64,000 nt of DNA from a virus: IMG/VR virus record IMGVR_UViG_3300037502_002391, positions 18,256 to 82,255 of that record; one strand, 5' to 3'. Positions 39,020 through 49,240 of the stretch are shown piece by piece. The notes beneath the pieces were generated by a model. That model was not told the DNA's origin, did no database searches, and saw only the letters and a program-made list of their open reading frames with translations. A program made the position numbers and the translations under genes. Position 1 is the stretch's first letter, and each line of letters opens with the position of its first letter.

Positions 39020-42000
39020 TTAGAATTGTATATTTCCTGTTCCAGCATTAATCTGATAAACTTTAAATCCTGAAGGTGTGTAGGATGCTGCAACTCTTGT
39101 TCCATTTCCACTTGTATCAACACCTGATGAATTTCTATATGTTAAACCAGAACCAATTAAAAGGTCAGGATATGTATTTGCATATTTTATAATAAGGACA
39201 CCAGAACCACCAGAACCACCAGTAGTGAAAACTCTTTCAGCGCCACCACCTCCACCACCTCTATTGGCAGTTCCACTTTGAGCAGCTAAAGGTCCTCCAT
39301 TTCTACCAATACCACCATCACCACCTCCACCATTACCACCAAGACCTTTGGTTGTTCCTGTATTATCATCATAGCAAGATCCACCTCCACCACCAGCATA
39401 ATATGTTGCAGTTCCAGTAATACTAGATTCTTGACCAATACCACCATCACCAGCCTTAGAACCAGTACCCCCAATACCATTTGAACCTTTACCACCTCCA
39501 CCACCAGACCCATATGCAGGTACATTAAATGTCCCACCACCACCTGTATTGCCTTCCCCAGATATACCTGTTCCTGGTAGTCCATAATAACCAGAACCAC
39601 CACCTGAACCACCAGTTGATCCATTTACTTCTTGTCTTCCACCAGCACCACCACCAGTTGTTGATATGGTACTAAAAGATGATGCACTACCATTAGCAGC
39701 AGAGCCACCCCCACCACCAATAGTCACTGAATAATTTGTGTTTTGAGCAAAAACAACACCACTATTACTTTTCATGCCACCAGCACCACCACCACCACCG
39801 TGATATTGACCAAAACCACCACCACCACCACCAGCAACAATTAAATATTCAATAATAGTTGCATTACTTGTTGGTGTTATTGTCATTGTTGGTGTTATTG
39901 TCCTTGTTGGAGTATTTGTTGGTGTTATTGTTCTTGTTGGTGTTATTGTGTTTGTTGGTGTTATTGTGTTTGTTGGTGTTATTGTGTTTGTTGGTGTTAT
40001 TGTGTTTGTTGGTGTAATTGTGTTAGAAGGTGTATTTGTTGGTGTTATTGTGTTTGTTGGTGTTATTGTGTTTGTTGGTGTTGGTGTTGGTGTTGGTGTT
40101 GGTGGAATTATAAAATTAGTGCCTCCTGAAATAGTCAATAGTGGAGAACTAACTACAACTGAATTCCCATATATTGTAATACTTTCACCATATAAAGGTG
40201 ATTGTAAATTATTTTGTTCATTATTCCAACAATCAATATAACTATATGTTTCATAACAAGGATTTGTACATCCAGTATTTGTTATAATATATTCTGCACA
40301 TGCTACAATTATATTACCATTAACATCACATAGTGGGTATTCTGTGCTAGTTGGTGTATTTGTTGGTGTTATTGTGTTTGTTGGTGTTATTGTATTAGAA
40401 GGTGTATTTGTTGGTGTTATTGTGTTTGTTGGTGTTATTGTGTTTGTTGGTGTTATTGTATTTGTTGGTGTTATTGTACTAGTTATTGTTTGGGTAGGTG
40501 TTGGTGTTTGAGTAGATGTTGGTGTTTCTGTTGGTGTTATTGTGTTAGTAGGTGTAGATGTATTTGTTGGTGTTATTGTGTTTGTTGGTGTTATTGTGTT
40601 AGTAGGTGTAGATGTATTTGTTGGTGTTATTGTGCTTGTTGGAGTTATTGTATTAGAAGGTGTGTTTGTTGGTGTTATTGTGTTTGTTGGTGTTATTGTG
40701 TTTGTTGGTGTTATTGTGTTTGTTGGTGTTATTGTACTAGTTATTGTTTGGGTAGGTGTTGGCGTTTGTGTAGGTGTTGGCGTTTGTGTAGATGTTGGTG
40801 TTTCTGTTGGTGTTATTGTGTTAGTAGGCGTGTTTGTTGGTGTTATTGTGTTTGTTGGTGTAATTGTATTTGTTGGTGTTATTGTGTTTGTTGATGTTAT
40901 TGTGTTTGTTGGTGTTATTGTGTTAGTAGGTGTAGATGTATTTGTTGGTGTAATTGTATTTGTTGGTGTTATTGTGTTTGTTGATGTTATTGTGTTTGTT
41001 GGTGTTATTGTGTTAGTAGGTGTAGATGTATTTGTTGGTGTAGATGTATTTGTTGGAGTTATTGTACTAGTTATTGTTTGGGTAGGTGTTGGTGTTTGAG
41101 TAGATGTTGGTGTTTCTGTTGGTGTTATTGTGTTAGTAGGTGTAGATGTATTTGTTGGTGTAGATGTATTTGTTGGAGTTATTGTACTAGTTATTGTTTG
41201 GGTAGGTGTTGGCGTTTGTGTAGATGTTGGTGTTTCTGTTGGTGTTACTATTGGTGTTACTGTATTAGAAGGTGTGTTTGTTGGTGTTATTGTGTTAGTA
41301 GGTGTCATTGTGCTAGTAGGTGTCATTGTGCTAGTAGGTGTTGGCGTTATTGTAACACAAACTGATGCTCCTGTTATTGTACCTCCTGAGTTTGTAGAAT
41401 AACAATACCCACTTCTATTGAAACTTGTACTAATACCCCAAGTATTAGTATTATTATTAATACAAGATTCAAAATCAATATAATATGTTTGACCAATAGA
41501 ACCATCAAATAATGTTGTTTTTCCACATATTTGTGTGTTTGGTTCTTCGCTACATACATCAGCACAATTTAATAATCCTGTGGAATCAACATAAACATCA
41601 AAACAATTGCATCCATTTGGATCTGGAATCAAGGAATTTCCTCTAAAATATATCTTATTATTGTTATTTATTAATCTAAAATTTGTATTGCTAAATGTTG
41701 TATATACATGATAAAAATCTTGTGGAATAGTAAAACCTGAATATTCAACTGTTAGTGAAGCATATGTCATATTCATATTAACTGGAACTAATGCCAAAGG
41801 ATCACTATATTCATTAACCCCTATATTGCTAACAAGATTTCTATTTGTATTTAAATTTGGAATTACCCAAGTGTACCAAGAATAACCTGTTGTGGTATAT
41901 TCTGGTACTTCATGTGTCTTAAATAAATATGCTTGTATAAAATTACCATACTCATCAAGTCCACCACTATTCTGACTTATTTTTGCTGTTCTAATTTGTG

Positions 42001-42616
42001 GTGCAGTAACACCCCAACCAGAGAATGATATATATCTATTTAATTCATCATTAAATGTTGTTGCACTTATGGATGGACCAATACCATTTGAAAATCCTCT
42101 AAACATACCAGAACTAGCACTCATCCAATTGCTAAAATCAGTATTTAAACTAACTGGTTCAATAAATAAATAAGCATCAAGTTCTTCTGGTGTTGTTGGT
42201 GTTATAGTTGGTGTTATAGTTGGTGTTGGAGTCTTTGTTCTTGTTACAGTTGGAGTTGGTGTTAATGTTCTTGTTGGTGTTACTGATGGTGTTTTTGTGT
42301 TTGATGGTGTTATAGATATAGTTGGTGTTATAGATGGTGTTATAGATATAGTTGGTGTTATTGTTGGAGTTGGTGTTGGAGTTGTGCATTGTAATTCAAT
42401 TACAACCCCTGCTAATAATTCATTTCTTGATACATTCTCATATATCGGTGTGCTATTTGTTGAATCAACATAAATGTTAAATGGACCTTTTGAGTTAGAT
42501 GATGGACTTAATTGAAATAAATACCTTGAACAAGCAGTAATACCTGTTATTTCACTCTCAATACTATTTACACATATTGGGTCAGTATTTATTACAAATA
42601 TTGTATAATCTACCAT
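39020..42616 (-). CDS. mucin-like Thr/Pro-repeat fibre protein with C-terminal glycine-rich domain
   Basis: Probable start MVDYT at 42616; long [16 protein letters not shown] tracts; C-terminal EYLIVAGGGGGG..GGSGVLIIKY domain. Confidence 0.8.
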   Translation of the reverse strand: MVDYTIFVINTDPICVNSIESEITGITACSRYLFQLSPSSNSKGPFNIYVDSTNSTPIYENVSRNELLAGVVIELQCTTPTPTPTITPTISITPSITPTISITPSNTKTPSVTPTRTLTPTPTVTRTKTPTPTITPTITPTTPEELDAYLFIEPVSLNTDFSNWMSASSGMFRGFSNGIGPSISATTFNDELNRYISFSGWGVTAPQIRTAKISQNSGGLDEYGNFIQAYLFKTHEVPEYTTTGYSWYTWVIPNLNTNRNLVSNIGVNEYSDPLALVPVNMNMTYASLTVEYSGFTIPQDFYHVYTTFSNTNFRLINNNNKIYFRGNSLIPDPNGCNCFDVYVDSTGLLNCADVCSEEPNTQICGKTTLFDGSIGQTYYIDFESCINNNTNTWGISTSFNRSGYCYSTNSGGTITGASVCVTITPTPTSTMTPTSTMTPTNTITPTNTPSNTVTPIVTPTETPTSTQTPTPTQTITSTITPTNTSTPTNTSTPTNTITPTETPTSTQTPTPTQTITSTITPTNTSTPTNTSTPTNTITPTNTITSTNTITPTNTITPTNTSTPTNTITPTNTITSTNTITPTNTITPTNTITPTNTPTNTITPTETPTSTQTPTPTQTPTPTQTITSTITPTNTITPTNTITPTNTITPTNTPSNTITPTSTITPTNTSTPTNTITPTNTITPTNTSTPTNTITPTETPTSTQTPTPTQTITSTITPTNTITPTNTITPTNTITPTNTPSNTITPTNTITPTNTPTSTEYPLCDVNGNIIVACAEYIITNTGCTNPCYETYSYIDCWNNEQNNLQSPLYGESITIYGNSVVVSSPLLTISGGTNFIIPPTPTPTPTPTNTITPTNTITPTNTPSNTITPTNTITPTNTITPTNTITPTNTITPTRTITPTNTPTRTITPTMTITPTSNATIIEYLIVAGGGGGGFGQYHGGGGGAGGMKSNSGVVFAQNTNYSVTIGGGGGSAANGSASSFSTISTTGGGAGGRQEVNGSTGGSGGGSGYYGLPGTGISGEGNTGGGGTFNVPAYGSGGGGGKGSNGIGGTGSKAGDGGIGQESSITGTATYYAGGGGGSCYDDNTGTTKGLGGNGGGGDGGIGRNGGPLAAQSGTANRGGGGGGAERVFTTGGSGGSGVLIIKYANTYPDLLIGSGLTYRNSSGVDTSGNGTRVAASYTPSGFKVYQINAGTGNIQF
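40345..41350. repeat. coding Thr/Pro minisatellite with higher-order duplicated blocks
   Basis: TPTETPTSTQTPTPTQTITSTITPTN block recurs four times among TITPTN units. Confidence 0.92.
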
Positions 42617-42617
42617 T

Positions 42618-43169
42618 TCAACAATCAATTATTTTAAAATAACTACAAGAATTGGAATCCTTGATTGTTATTATTATTTGTTCTGCACCATCAAATATTG
42701 TTGGAACTCCTATTGTTGCTGGTAATGAACTTGTATTTATAATGGTTGCCACATAAGTTTCATAATTGCCATTTATATCTGATATATAAACACTTAAAGG
42801 TGTTGATCCAGTTAAACCATTTAAAGTGATTGTGTTATTTGTTGTTGGTGTTGGTATATATCCTGGGGTTGCAGATGGGGTTGGGGTTGGTGTTGGTGTG
42901 ATTGATGTAATATCTGTAATATTATATATAATATCACAATTTATATAGCAATTAAACTTTTTTGTTATTCTACAACCTATATTATCTTGTACTATTATTG
43001 ACACTTGTGGTGCAAGATGAAAGATTTCTGGTAAATCAAATGAAACCTCCCCTACTATGGGTAAAGTGCTTATCTGACCCAAATATGCCTCATTTCCACC
43101 AAATGCATCAGCAACATAAATGCTCAAAGGTGTACTTCCACTCAAACTTGTAAATACAACTCTTGTCAT
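42618..43169 (-). CDS. small structural protein with internally duplicated beta domain and PT linker
   Basis: LSGSTPLSIYVAD and LTGSTPLSVYISD halves; probable start MTRVV at 43169. Confidence 0.7.
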   Translation of the reverse strand: MTRVVFTSLSGSTPLSIYVADAFGGNEAYLGQISTLPIVGEVSFDLPEIFHLAPQVSIIVQDNIGCRITKKFNCYINCDIIYNITDITSITPTPTPTPSATPGYIPTPTTNNTITLNGLTGSTPLSVYISDINGNYETYVATIINTSSLPATIGVPTIFDGAEQIIITIKDSNSCSYFKIIDC

Positions 43170-45325
43170 ATAGTACAACTAATATCATATGTTATCTTCA
43201 AGTTTATGGTCAATGCCTGTGAGGTTATACTATCGCCTGGAATTGCTATGATGTTTATTGTATTTGTTATTAAATCATATGATACACTATCTATTCCTGG
43301 TATTCCCCCAACTAAACTAACTATTGAATCAACATATACTGAATCTGTTGGAACATCTGTTCTTGTATATCCTGTGTAGAATGCATTTGTGCCTGTAATT
43401 CCACTTGGCTCTAATGTGTATTCTGTTGTGAATATTGCTGAATTTAAATTACATTTTGGATTTGTTATGGTGGTTGATCCACTAAACTCCATATTCACCA
43501 AATCACTAAATCCCTCATTCAAGAAATCTAGTAACCCAAAGTTATTTAATGGTTGTAATGCAAATGTTTGTGAATCCACAACATATATTTTATATGATGT
43601 ATTTATGCTAAAGCAATTTATGGATGTTTCTCTTGTTAATGTACAACCATTAGCATCTTGTAATGTTAAACTATAATTACCACTTGTTAATCCTGTTGCT
43701 ACTATGTATTGTGGATTTCCAGTTACATTACTTGACCAAGTGAATGTAAATGGGGGTACTCCTTCAGTTATAAGTGCTGTGATTGTTGCATCATTACCAT
43801 TCACACAAGATGTGGGATATAATGAAAAATCAATTCCATTACTAGATGTTAATTGTATCACATCTCTTTGTTCACATCCACTTGCATCAACAACTCTTAA
43901 TTCATATTGACCTTCTTGTAAATTTTGAAATGTTACACCTGTTAAATTTGTATCAATTATTGATATTGTATTCAAATAATAATCATATGGTGGTGTTCCA
44001 CCTGTACTTATATATGCAAATATACTCCCATTATTTGAACTACAAGTTGTTCCAGTTATAGAATACCCTAATGTGAATTTATCCTCTGCTATAATTGTTA
44101 CCTCTTTGTCATAATAACAACCTGTAGAATCTTGCATATAAGCAGTATAAGTTCCACTAGATAAATTATCAAATATGTAATTTGTAGTTGTTGTATTTAT
44201 TGTTGTAGTATCCCCACTTGGCCCTATTAATCCATAGGTATATGGACCAGTTCCGCCAACTAAACTAATATCAATTAGTCCATTTGATGATGAACATATT
44301 GAATTTGTTCCATTTATGGAAACAGATGAAACTCCATTGTCACTATCCAAACTTGTGAATATTGAATACTCACATAGTGCAGCATCTTTAACTAGTATTT
44401 CATATGAACCAGATGTTAATCCAGTCATTATAAAATTATTACTATAGGTTATATCATAATATCCAGTATTTGCTGAATAATAGAATGGTGCTGTTCCCCC
44501 ACTTATGGTTATATCCAATGCACCACTAGCAGTAAAACATGATGGTTGTGTTGGTATTATATTAACAAGACCAATTGTTGATGCATTATTTATTTCAATA
44601 GATTTTGTTAATGTGCAACCTTCCCCATCTGTAACACTTACAGAATATGTTCCAGCTGATAAATTACTTAATGTATTGCCTGTTGAACCATCATTCCAAA
44701 AATAAGTATATGGTCCAGGATTTGTCTGTCCTGTTATATATATCTTTCCAGTATTTCCACTAAAACAAGGGGAAGCATTTATTGTATAAAATCCATAATC
44801 AAAAGTTGTTGATGACTTTATTATAAAACTTTCTGTTTTTGCTGTACATCCACCAAGATCCTCAACATATATGTAATATGTATCTGCACTCAAATTTTCA
44901 AAAACAATAAACTCTGAATTAAATATATTGTTTGATATTAATGTATCACCACTTGTATATAAATAACAATCTGTTGTTGAAAAATAAGAGTTTGTGGTTG
45001 CTGTAACTGAACCATTTGCATCTCCACATAATGTATCTAATGTTGATAGAATTGTTCCACAACATCCACTTGAAACTGGTATATTTACAAAAAATTCTAG
45101 GTTCTCACTCAATGTTGAATCATTCAACCTAACCCCATATGTTGTGGCTGATAATCCTGTTTGAAGAATAGGAAAATCCTCTGTTGTTATAGTCACACCC
45201 AAATCAGGCTCAACCCATTCAATGGTATATGGAGGTGTACCCCCACTCAAAGATAATGATATAGCACCTACATTTGTGTTTGAACAATCACCGGTTACGC
45301 TTAAAAAATAATCAAATGCTGCCAT
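43166..45325 (-). CDS. SprB-repeat structural protein
   Basis: About 7 repeats of C...G.I......GG..PY.Y....L..G.Y...V.D..GC. Confidence 0.82.
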   Translation of the reverse strand: MAAFDYFLSVTGDCSNTNVGAISLSLSGGTPPYTIEWVEPDLGVTITTEDFPILQTGLSATTYGVRLNDSTLSENLEFFVNIPVSSGCCGTILSTLDTLCGDANGSVTATTNSYFSTTDCYLYTSGDTLISNNIFNSEFIVFENLSADTYYIYVEDLGGCTAKTESFIIKSSTTFDYGFYTINASPCFSGNTGKIYITGQTNPGPYTYFWNDGSTGNTLSNLSAGTYSVSVTDGEGCTLTKSIEINNASTIGLVNIIPTQPSCFTASGALDITISGGTAPFYYSANTGYYDITYSNNFIMTGLTSGSYEILVKDAALCEYSIFTSLDSDNGVSSVSINGTNSICSSSNGLIDISLVGGTGPYTYGLIGPSGDTTTINTTTTNYIFDNLSSGTYTAYMQDSTGCYYDKEVTIIAEDKFTLGYSITGTTCSSNNGSIFAYISTGGTPPYDYYLNTISIIDTNLTGVTFQNLQEGQYELRVVDASGCEQRDVIQLTSSNGIDFSLYPTSCVNGNDATITALITEGVPPFTFTWSSNVTGNPQYIVATGLTSGNYSLTLQDANGCTLTRETSINCFSINTSYKIYVVDSQTFALQPLNNFGLLDFLNEGFSDLVNMEFSGSTTITNPKCNLNSAIFTTEYTLEPSGITGTNAFYTGYTRTDVPTDSVYVDSIVSLVGGIPGIDSVSYDLITNTINIIAIPGDSITSQALTINLKITYDISCTI

Positions 45326-45328
45326 TTA

Positions 45329-48313
45329 TTAACATATTATACTTACATCCACACCAACATTTATGGTTAATAATTTATCAACCGCAATCTCATCAACACA
45401 ATCCAAATCAATAATTTTAATAAAACCATTATTTGGTGTTTGGTAATTTATATCAAAATAATATAAGTTAGGTAATGCACTAAGTAATGCTGATTCCCAT
45501 TGTGTTGTTGTTGGCACATCATCATTACCTATACCATCATAAAACTTAATCTTTGCCACAATATTATTATTCAATATAATTTCACTATACCAACTTGTTA
45601 GGACATTATCTGAATTGCAAGTCAAATTAAATTCATCTATTGTTGAACTTATAGCATTACCCAAAATTGAACTAAAAGGTTCTGCTGGTGTTGCCAATAT
45701 TGTTATACCATTCTTTATACATATATCACTAAAAATTGGTGATGTTATATAATCATCCCCACTTGAAATTGGTGTTAAACTACTAATAACCAAAGGATAA
45801 TTAACTGTGATAACTTTTGGTGTTGATCCTGAAAAACTAATTGGCATTACCCTTTTATAAACATATTTCTGTTTGTGGAATATTGAATTTTCAAACTTTA
45901 CACCCCCCATCCATAATGTTGTTGCAGGAATCATCTGTTCAACTAATTTAACCCAATATGGATTTATACCTTCAACAAATTTAATTAACTTCTCATATGT
46001 ATATTTATTTGTTGGAATATTAACTGTATATGGTGCTTCAATATATTTCCAAAAAATAGACTGTAATGTTGGATACCCACCAGTTTTACCATCTGTTATG
46101 TACATCCTATTTCTTGTATTAATCATATTTTTTGCAAAAGTTTGTGCAAATTCAAAAAATGATTTTGTTTTTGGTTCTGGATTGATAAATGTAGCATCAG
46201 TACCACCACTTGTAGGGTATGGATATGTCAAACCACTTTGTGGTATAGGATAATTATTATCTCTTGATTGAACCCAAACATCATATAACAATCCTTGTGC
46301 AGGATTTAAGAATACACTAGTATTCTTAACATTCAACAACAATCTCTCATCACTTATGGAATAATATGCATTATAATTACCATCTGATGAAACTCTCAAT
46401 AATGTATTATCTCTTGACCATGATTTTTTATTATCAATATATTTTGACAAAGTAAAACCTTCATCAATGTAGGGAAATTTCCTAAAAACATTTAAATATT
46501 TTTCACCATATGTGAATGGTTCAAATTCAGTACCATATTGTGCATTTGGACCTTCACCAATTTTTGTAGGGATTTCCAAACTTCTATGCCTAGGGGTTAA
46601 TTGATACCATCCAGCCCCAATTTGAAAGAAAAATTGATTAGTATTATTTGATTGTTGTGGGTATCCTGTTTCTTTATTCACAGGATAATTTAATGAATTA
46701 AAATTAATAGTTGTTGATGTTGTATTTTCTGTTACCCCAGTATATGTTCTACCACTTAGAATGTAAGTTGTTTGTGTTAAAACTGGATCATTATCAATAT
46801 ATTTACCTGTTTCTATTTTTACAAATTCATTATTAAACTTTGTCAAATTTATTTTTTGGTCAGCAATATAAATATGCTCATTGAATTCTACAATTGCTTC
46901 AGGAGCACCCACTAACCTAAGAATAAACTCAATTGACCTTCTTGTCCCTTTTGATTTAAATAAATAAAATGAATTTATAACCAAATTCCTATAAAAAGCA
47001 TAATTTAATTCTAATGGTGTTTGTGATCTATTATATGCAGGATATTTAAAATCACTTGAATTCCCAAATATTGAATCAAGTAGATTTTGGTCTGTAAAAA
47101 ATTGAAAATTATCCTCCCAACCTAAAGTTCTACTTAAATTTAACAATAATTGTGATGGTATGTCATTTTTTGGTGTATAATTAATTGAGTTCATATATGC
47201 TAAAGAATCAATGAATTTCTTAACCTCATCAAAACTTCTTCCATATATCTGCAACATACTCTCAACTCTTCTATCAAAAGTGTCAAATTCCTTCAATGAA
47301 TCAGATACAAAAAATCTTGATATTAAATTTGTTCTTACAGTGTCAAAATAATTTGCAATCTCTTGAATTGTATTCAAATAGTTCTCAAAATTTGGAGTTA
47401 TAATGTCAATGTTCCAAACTCCATCCAAAGGAAAAGTTATATTTGTATTTACTATACTAAATTGCCCATCTTCATTTTCTTGTGGAACTTGTAAAGTCAT
47501 TGTATATATTGGTGATGATATAGTATTTAAAATATATTGTTCAAATTCATCAAATTGACTTTTGAATACCAAATTATACAAAAAATCACTTGGTCTTATA
47601 ATATATGATGTTGTGCTATTTGTTGTAGATGTCCCAAAAGGAGAACCAAAAACACTAACACGTAATGTTCCATTATCCAAAAAAGTACTTGGGGATAAAA
47701 ATGAGACAGGATATGTTATTCCACTTATTGATAAAACATAATCTGAATAATATTTTGCAATATTTCTATATTCTGATACTTTAATTTCTTTTGCTAATAA
47801 ATTTGCTTCAGCATTTATAGTAAAATCAACGCCAAATGGATTGTGTATTTTTGATATGTCAATATCAAAAGTTGTGTTATTAGTTTCTATATCATATGAA
47901 ATATTTGTTGCAGTATATCCTGTATTTAAATCATTGTCAAAAAAATTAACATCAATTGATGCTGGAAAATTATTTATAATATTTGTTATTGATACTGAAA
48001 ATCTTTTTGATAATGAACCATACATAACAAAATTCATAACTTGACTTATATCATAGTTAGGATAAACTTGAAATTCTTTTGTTAGAATGGTTTTTATGTC
48101 TTGAATATTAGAAATACCTAATGTTTCAAGATTGACTGGTGAATCAAAAACATTTGTTAAAAATTTGCGAGGGATAGTTTCTGTTATGCCAGGTGTGAAA
48201 TCAAAAGTTCCAAAAGTTAAACCACCACCATTTACCAATTGGTATCCAACCAAATTATCAAACACACTACTTGTTCCACCATCTGGAACATTTTTAACAT
48301 AAATTATAGGCAT
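45329..48313 (-). CDS. baseplate wedge/tail protein (Tail_P2_I-like motif)
   Basis: LLLNLSRTLGW...YLFKSKGTRRSIEFILRLVG...EF; located downstream of gp6/gp25 homologues. Confidence 0.6.
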   Translation of the reverse strand: MPIIYVKNVPDGGTSSVFDNLVGYQLVNGGGLTFGTFDFTPGITETIPRKFLTNVFDSPVNLETLGISNIQDIKTILTKEFQVYPNYDISQVMNFVMYGSLSKRFSVSITNIINNFPASIDVNFFDNDLNTGYTATNISYDIETNNTTFDIDISKIHNPFGVDFTINAEANLLAKEIKVSEYRNIAKYYSDYVLSISGITYPVSFLSPSTFLDNGTLRVSVFGSPFGTSTTNSTTSYIIRPSDFLYNLVFKSQFDEFEQYILNTISSPIYTMTLQVPQENEDGQFSIVNTNITFPLDGVWNIDIITPNFENYLNTIQEIANYFDTVRTNLISRFFVSDSLKEFDTFDRRVESMLQIYGRSFDEVKKFIDSLAYMNSINYTPKNDIPSQLLLNLSRTLGWEDNFQFFTDQNLLDSIFGNSSDFKYPAYNRSQTPLELNYAFYRNLVINSFYLFKSKGTRRSIEFILRLVGAPEAIVEFNEHIYIADQKINLTKFNNEFVKIETGKYIDNDPVLTQTTYILSGRTYTGVTENTTSTTINFNSLNYPVNKETGYPQQSNNTNQFFFQIGAGWYQLTPRHRSLEIPTKIGEGPNAQYGTEFEPFTYGEKYLNVFRKFPYIDEGFTLSKYIDNKKSWSRDNTLLRVSSDGNYNAYYSISDERLLLNVKNTSVFLNPAQGLLYDVWVQSRDNNYPIPQSGLTYPYPTSGGTDATFINPEPKTKSFFEFAQTFAKNMINTRNRMYITDGKTGGYPTLQSIFWKYIEAPYTVNIPTNKYTYEKLIKFVEGINPYWVKLVEQMIPATTLWMGGVKFENSIFHKQKYVYKRVMPISFSGSTPKVITVNYPLVISSLTPISSGDDYITSPIFSDICIKNGITILATPAEPFSSILGNAISSTIDEFNLTCNSDNVLTSWYSEIILNNNIVAKIKFYDGIGNDDVPTTTQWESALLSALPNLYYFDINYQTPNNGFIKIIDLDCVDEIAVDKLLTINVGVDVSIIC

Positions 48314-49206
48314 TATTCTACTATATTATCAAAATTTTTGCTTATGTCAATATCATCACCACGATCCTCTCTAACCTCATATAACAACTCATTAAATTGA
48401 TTTCTAACCTCAAATAGATTATATTGTTTGTATATATTACTTGTTGTATCATATAATGTATATATACCATCTTCTATTGATTTGGTTTGATTTCCAAATA
48501 AACCAATTGCCAATGTTGATACATCATGTTCAGCAATCTCAATTTCTAGTGTTGTGGGGTTAAAATATGTATTTGTTATGATAATATTTTGATCTGGTTG
48601 TCCAATAAATGGTGTTGCATTTGTTTTGTTGGAAGGTGAATTGCTTGGAGTTAATGTTAAAAAAACTAAATTTGTATTATTATCTACATACCTATATCTT
48701 ATTGATTTTTGATTAGTATTAACCTCATTTGTAACAACTGGTTCACAAAAAAAAGAGGATGTTATTATTCTAAAGAAATTTGGTATTTTTTGTTTATTAT
48801 TTAAGTACTCAACCCTATATCCAACTAATTCTTGTGGAGTTTCAAATTTGTTCCTAAATTCACTTGTCACATTATTTAAATCAATAACAATACCTTTAAC
48901 ATTTGGTAAAGCACTTAATATACCACAATCAGTTATTTTTGTTCTTATTTGTGATGGTCTTAGATATAGAGTATAATAGCCAAGTGCTGTAAACTCATTT
49001 GCTGGTAATGTTAAATTATATAAACCACCTAAAATTTCATTAGGATAATCATTATCAAAATATGGTTTTAATATTGTTGTAGCATCTAATTTCTTTTGTG
49101 TAATCAAATCTGTTTGATCCCTTGTTGGAGCATAAACCATAACTATTTCCACATCATCTGGGCTCACATCACTAGGTCTTACTGTTCCATATGTACCAAT
49201 TGCCAT
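48313..49206 (-). CDS. putative structural protein
   Basis: 297-aa ORF in baseplate region; TATTTATA box upstream. Confidence 0.6.
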   Translation of the reverse strand: MAIGTYGTVRPSDVSPDDVEIVMVYAPTRDQTDLITQKKLDATTILKPYFDNDYPNEILGGLYNLTLPANEFTALGYYTLYLRPSQIRTKITDCGILSALPNVKGIVIDLNNVTSEFRNKFETPQELVGYRVEYLNNKQKIPNFFRIITSSFFCEPVVTNEVNTNQKSIRYRYVDNNTNLVFLTLTPSNSPSNKTNATPFIGQPDQNIIITNTYFNPTTLEIEIAEHDVSTLAIGLFGNQTKSIEDGIYTLYDTTSNIYKQYNLFEVRNQFNELLYEVREDRGDDIDISKNFDNIVE

Positions 49207-49222
49207 AATATTTTATTTTTAT

Positions 49223-49230
49223 TATAAATA
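49223..49230 (-). promoter_or_regulatory. TATTTATA box, candidate late promoter
   Basis: 16 nt upstream of ATG at 49206. Confidence 0.6.
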
Positions 49231-49240
49231 GTTTATTTCT

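Noticed and set aside
37280-41350. Tandem repeats as a possible CRISPR array
   Set aside because: No unique spacers; units are multiples of 3 inside open reading frames.
37294-41402. Long plus-strand ORFs (VGVIVF and CWCYC repeats)
   Set aside because: Antisense shadows of Thr/Pro repeat codons, which lack stops on the opposite strand; the same applies to 20019..20261 and 51866..52174.
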